Positions 61,001 to 64,000 of a stretch of 64,000 bases of DNA are shown one piece after another (the stretch's first letter is position 1; every line of letters starts with the position of its first letter). The notes under the pieces were generated by a model. That model was not told the DNA's origin. It made no database searches and was given only the letters and a program-made list of their open reading frames with translations. The position numbers were made by a program, and so were the translations under genes. Source of the DNA: Macrostomum hystrix (Eukaryota > Animalia > Platyhelminthes); contig CATNEN010000002.1 in NCBI GenBank assembly GCA_950097015.1, positions 7,874,001 to 7,938,000 of the forward strand, in the 5' to 3' direction.

Positions 61001-63105
61001 TGAAATTCTCATTGGAAGTATAGATTTTGAGACAAACCATCAGGATTCTTACGTTATCGTACATTCGTAAAGGCACTGTACAATTTCGCATTGAAATTCT
61101 GCTAACTCATTCAGCAAGGAATCTGGCCTCTGCCACTGCGGCAAGGACTTTGACTGCCACATCTACCGGCCGCAGCTGCTGACCCCAATGGTTGCCAAGG
61201 CAACCTGGAGCCCGGAGACGCACACGATGCCCATTGGCAGCAATGCGTTTGGTGTGCTAAAATTCTCAGCATTCTTCTCTTCCAGGGTGAGCTGTGATCT
61301 GAGCTGAGCTGTAGGCGAATTATCCCCACTCCACTCCAGCAACTGAATTCCCATCGCACTCACCACCGAAATCAGTTCGCCCGGGTGTCGGACTCCGTTG
61401 AAGACGCCACGCTCCGCTGGCTGCTGCAGTCAGTGTGGGGAATCCGAGTGCCCTCCATGCTGGTCACAGTGCTGGGCGGCCGCGTCACCCGCTCAGACTT
61501 CAACAATGTCTTCATGAAGGGCTTCTGGAAGGCGGCCGGCAGCAACAGTGAGAAAATTAGAGGCGCATTTGCTTGCATTTCTACTTGCAGTAGGCTGCAG
61601 ATGCGTCTTTTTTGTTCTCATCTCTCTTATAATATAATTTGCTCTCTAAGGGTGCGCAGCTTGCTTACTGAAAGACTGTTGACTCACTAGGGGAATCAAT
61701 TGGTTTGAAGTGGGTACTAAAAACTGTGAACTAAAAGATAATTTTCTGAGAGGTATCATTTGACGACAATTAGCGATAGTTTTCCTATGGGAAATGGGAA
61801 GAAAAGTCTCTTTACTCAAGAGAAAGTGAGAAAGCTTCCCAACCCAATGACCGATTTTCGTGGAAGTCCACCATTTGGCTCAAAACTTTCCGCCATTTAC
61901 GATGAACTCACTTTCGAAGCCGTCCGACGTCAGCATCGTCGAGATATTCAGCGATTCTTGTCGAAGACCCTGGTGAGAAGGACAACAAAGGTTGCTGTGT
62001 ATAAATAGCGCGTCAATGTTGGTTCAATAAATGATGCTGTCAGCATCAAAGTGAGTGCATGCTGCGAACCCGGTTCCAGACTCGCTAGTGGTCACTGACG
62101 GCATCAGCGAAGGCATCGTGCGGCTGACAGGCAAGACTGTCAGGGACTACAATGATGCGTACGGGCAGAGCAAGATCAACCTGCTAGCCATCCTGCCCTG
62201 GCAGCGCGTGGAGCTGCAGCACAGACTGCTTAGTCCCGACTTCGCTGTGAGAAACTCAGCCTGGGCTGGACTCAACTCTCGCTACCATGGCAACCGGTTC
62301 CATTGTACCCCACCTTCCACAGGGCACCATCTGCCACATGGATCAGCAGGACTCGGTATCCGCCGTGCTGGACAGCAACCACAACTTCTTCCTGATGGTG
62401 GACACTGGGCCGACTGACTGCTCTGCTGAAGCCCCGGCCGCGGCAACATCGGCTGCCAGAGCCCTGGCTCTGTCCAGATTTCGGTCGCGAGTTGAGACGC
62501 TGCTCTGCCGTTGGCCAGGGGACCTGCAGCAGCAGCAGCAGAAGCAGAAGCTTTACGAAGGGTATTGCGACTGTTTCGTGATGAAAAATCTGTCAATAGT
62601 GCTGCGCTTAACACCTGCACGCACCCACAGTGCCATTGGGAGTTGGCTCCCATGGGATAAGACTATCTTAGCTACTATCTGGAGACTCTAAGCACGACAG
62701 ACAAGAAACGGTCTAACGCGTTTGCCTCCAGCACCAAGGTCCCTGAGCTCGATTCCGCGGCGAGGCCACATTCATTTGGGACGCAGCCGCGGAGGGAAGG
62801 CTTGGGGCTTGTCGTGCAATTTATGCTCTTGAGAGCCAACCTCCAAGACACAGTAAAGTGTACACTGCCTGACGATAAGAAAGTCAAGGCAAATGTACAC
62901 ACCTGTGTGAGCGTAAGTCTGTGCACGGTATCTGTGTGTGTTTGTGCTCAGGAGTCAGCGAAATGGGCAGAATTGCCTCCTCGCTGGCTGTGGGTCTAGT
63001 GTCACCACACGAGCCCTCCTGCAAATGACGTTATTAAACTCGAGAAAGATTCGTAACATACTTAAACTCCGCAGCTATTCGTTTGGCCAGACACCAGCTA
63101 AAAAT

Positions 63106-63137
<32 letters not shown>

Positions 63138-64000
63138 CAGCGGCTCCCCTGTGCCCACCTGCGCCATTTTAGTGAACGGCTCCCGCGACGATCTGGCCAG
63201 CCTGCACAGCTGCGTGGTGACTCGCCGCTGCTCGGCTGTCATTGTGAAGTCCTCCGGCGGCCTCGCCGACCTCATCTGCCAACTGCTCGAGCTGCTGTTC
63301 GGCGAAGGCCGCGGCGCCGGCCAGAAACCCGGCGGCCACGAGGCCATCCTGCAGGCCAGCGTGGGGCCGCTGTTCCAGCACTACTTCGGCCCCACAGGCG
63401 GCGGTCAGCAGCCGCCGGGCGAGGACGAGGTTCAGACACTGCGCGAGCTGCTGGCCGCGCGCCAACTCATCGAGGTGTTTTCCGTAGAGGATGACATGGC
63501 CTCCGACTTCGACGGCAAGATCCTGGCCTCGCTGCTCGGCATGTCCTACAGCGACGCTGAGCAGGCGGAGAGCTCCGCCCTGAACCTGGACCAGCTGCGC
63601 ATCGCCGTGTCTCTGGACCGCAGCGACATCGCCAAGGAGCGAGTCTTCACCGACACCAAGCAGTGGAAGGTGACTCTAATAATTAAATATTTTATCATAA
63701 ACAGTGCTCAAATTTTGAGAACTCTGAAATCCTTGACTCGCCGCGCTCGCAGCAAAGCGACCTGGAGCCGCTGATGTTCCAAGTGCTGCTGGCCAATCAG
63801 ATCTCCTTCGCCGAGCTGCTCCTTGACCAGGGCTTCAGCCTGAACGCCTACGTCAATGAGCGAGTGTCACTGGAGCTATACCGCAGCTCGCTCGATGATT
63901 CCACTGTGAGTTGACCTGTTTGAGCACCCAGCAACATCTGTGCTCAATCAAACAGCATCGCGTCTTCAATTTCAGGGCCACAATGCGAGCATGTTTAAGA
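58027..64000 (+). CDS. TRPM-like cation channel (5' half) with N-terminal ankyrin repeats; continues beyond the window
   Basis: Phase-compatible GT-AG exon chain: 58027-58362, 58488-58613, 59021-59221, 60359(or 60380)-60445, 60521-60585, 61115-61286, 61376-61547, 62080-62246, 62323-62561, 63075-63669, 63753-63905, 63976->64000. TRPM homology motifs: ECCGF..CHCG..H..W...HT...NAFG.LKF, FARVSD...W.I.VPSMLVTVLGG, LDSNHNFFLMVDTG, PTCAILVNG...SGGLADLI, DIAKERVF....WK, LL.NQ.SF.ELLLDQGF. Ankyrin motifs GCSLLHAAV, DGETPLHLAC, HGNSPCHLTA, DDKTPAELA. Confidence 0.82.
59439..60134 (+). mobile_element. Family C TIR element, 696 bp, intronic
   Basis: 12-bp TIR cagtagaaagac (59439) / gtctttctactg (60123-60134); interior homologous to 50970-51641. 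Superfamily not assigned because no clear TSD was seen. Confidence 0.75.
60670..60960. mobile_element. Rearranged SINE A (+ fragment followed by - fragment) in a TRPM intron
   Basis: 60728-60783 and 60901-60957 are mutual reverse complements of the SINE body. Confidence 0.7.
62705..63035 (+). mobile_element. SINE family A in a TRPM intron
   Basis: aacgcgtttgcctc..caccaaggtccctgagctcgattccgcggcgaggccac and full body. Confidence 0.85.

Overview
Eukaryotic, intron-containing, repeat-rich invertebrate DNA. A free-living flatworm such as Macrostomum is a plausible source, but this is inference and cannot be proven from the window. The dominant feature is a dispersed family of 8 related genes (6 intact, 1 pseudogene, 1 truncated) encoding secreted ~335-aa proteins: signal peptide + PAN/apple-like module + ConA/LamG-like jelly-roll domain. 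All six intact copies and the pseudogene use a 16-nt first coding exon and a phase-1 intron. A ~450-500 bp cassette is almost identical between copies, while the flanking signal exon/intron and the C-terminal LamG-like core are strongly diverged, giving a constant/variable architecture with staggered, gene-conversion-like tract ends. Also present: a large protein with three tandem TIR-like domains; four housekeeping genes on the + strand (CK2-beta, BLOC1S1, PIG-H, UBOX5/RNF37); the 5' half of a TRPM-like channel gene whose exon chain places ankyrin repeats in front of the TRPM homology region; an RT+RNase H LINE with most of its endonuclease deleted; two fragments of a second LINE family; about 11 copies of a tRNA-derived SINE; CORE-like SINEs; mariner, hAT and Merlin remnants; and at least nine unrelated tandem-repeat arrays. 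All alignments were done by eye and no database searches were run.
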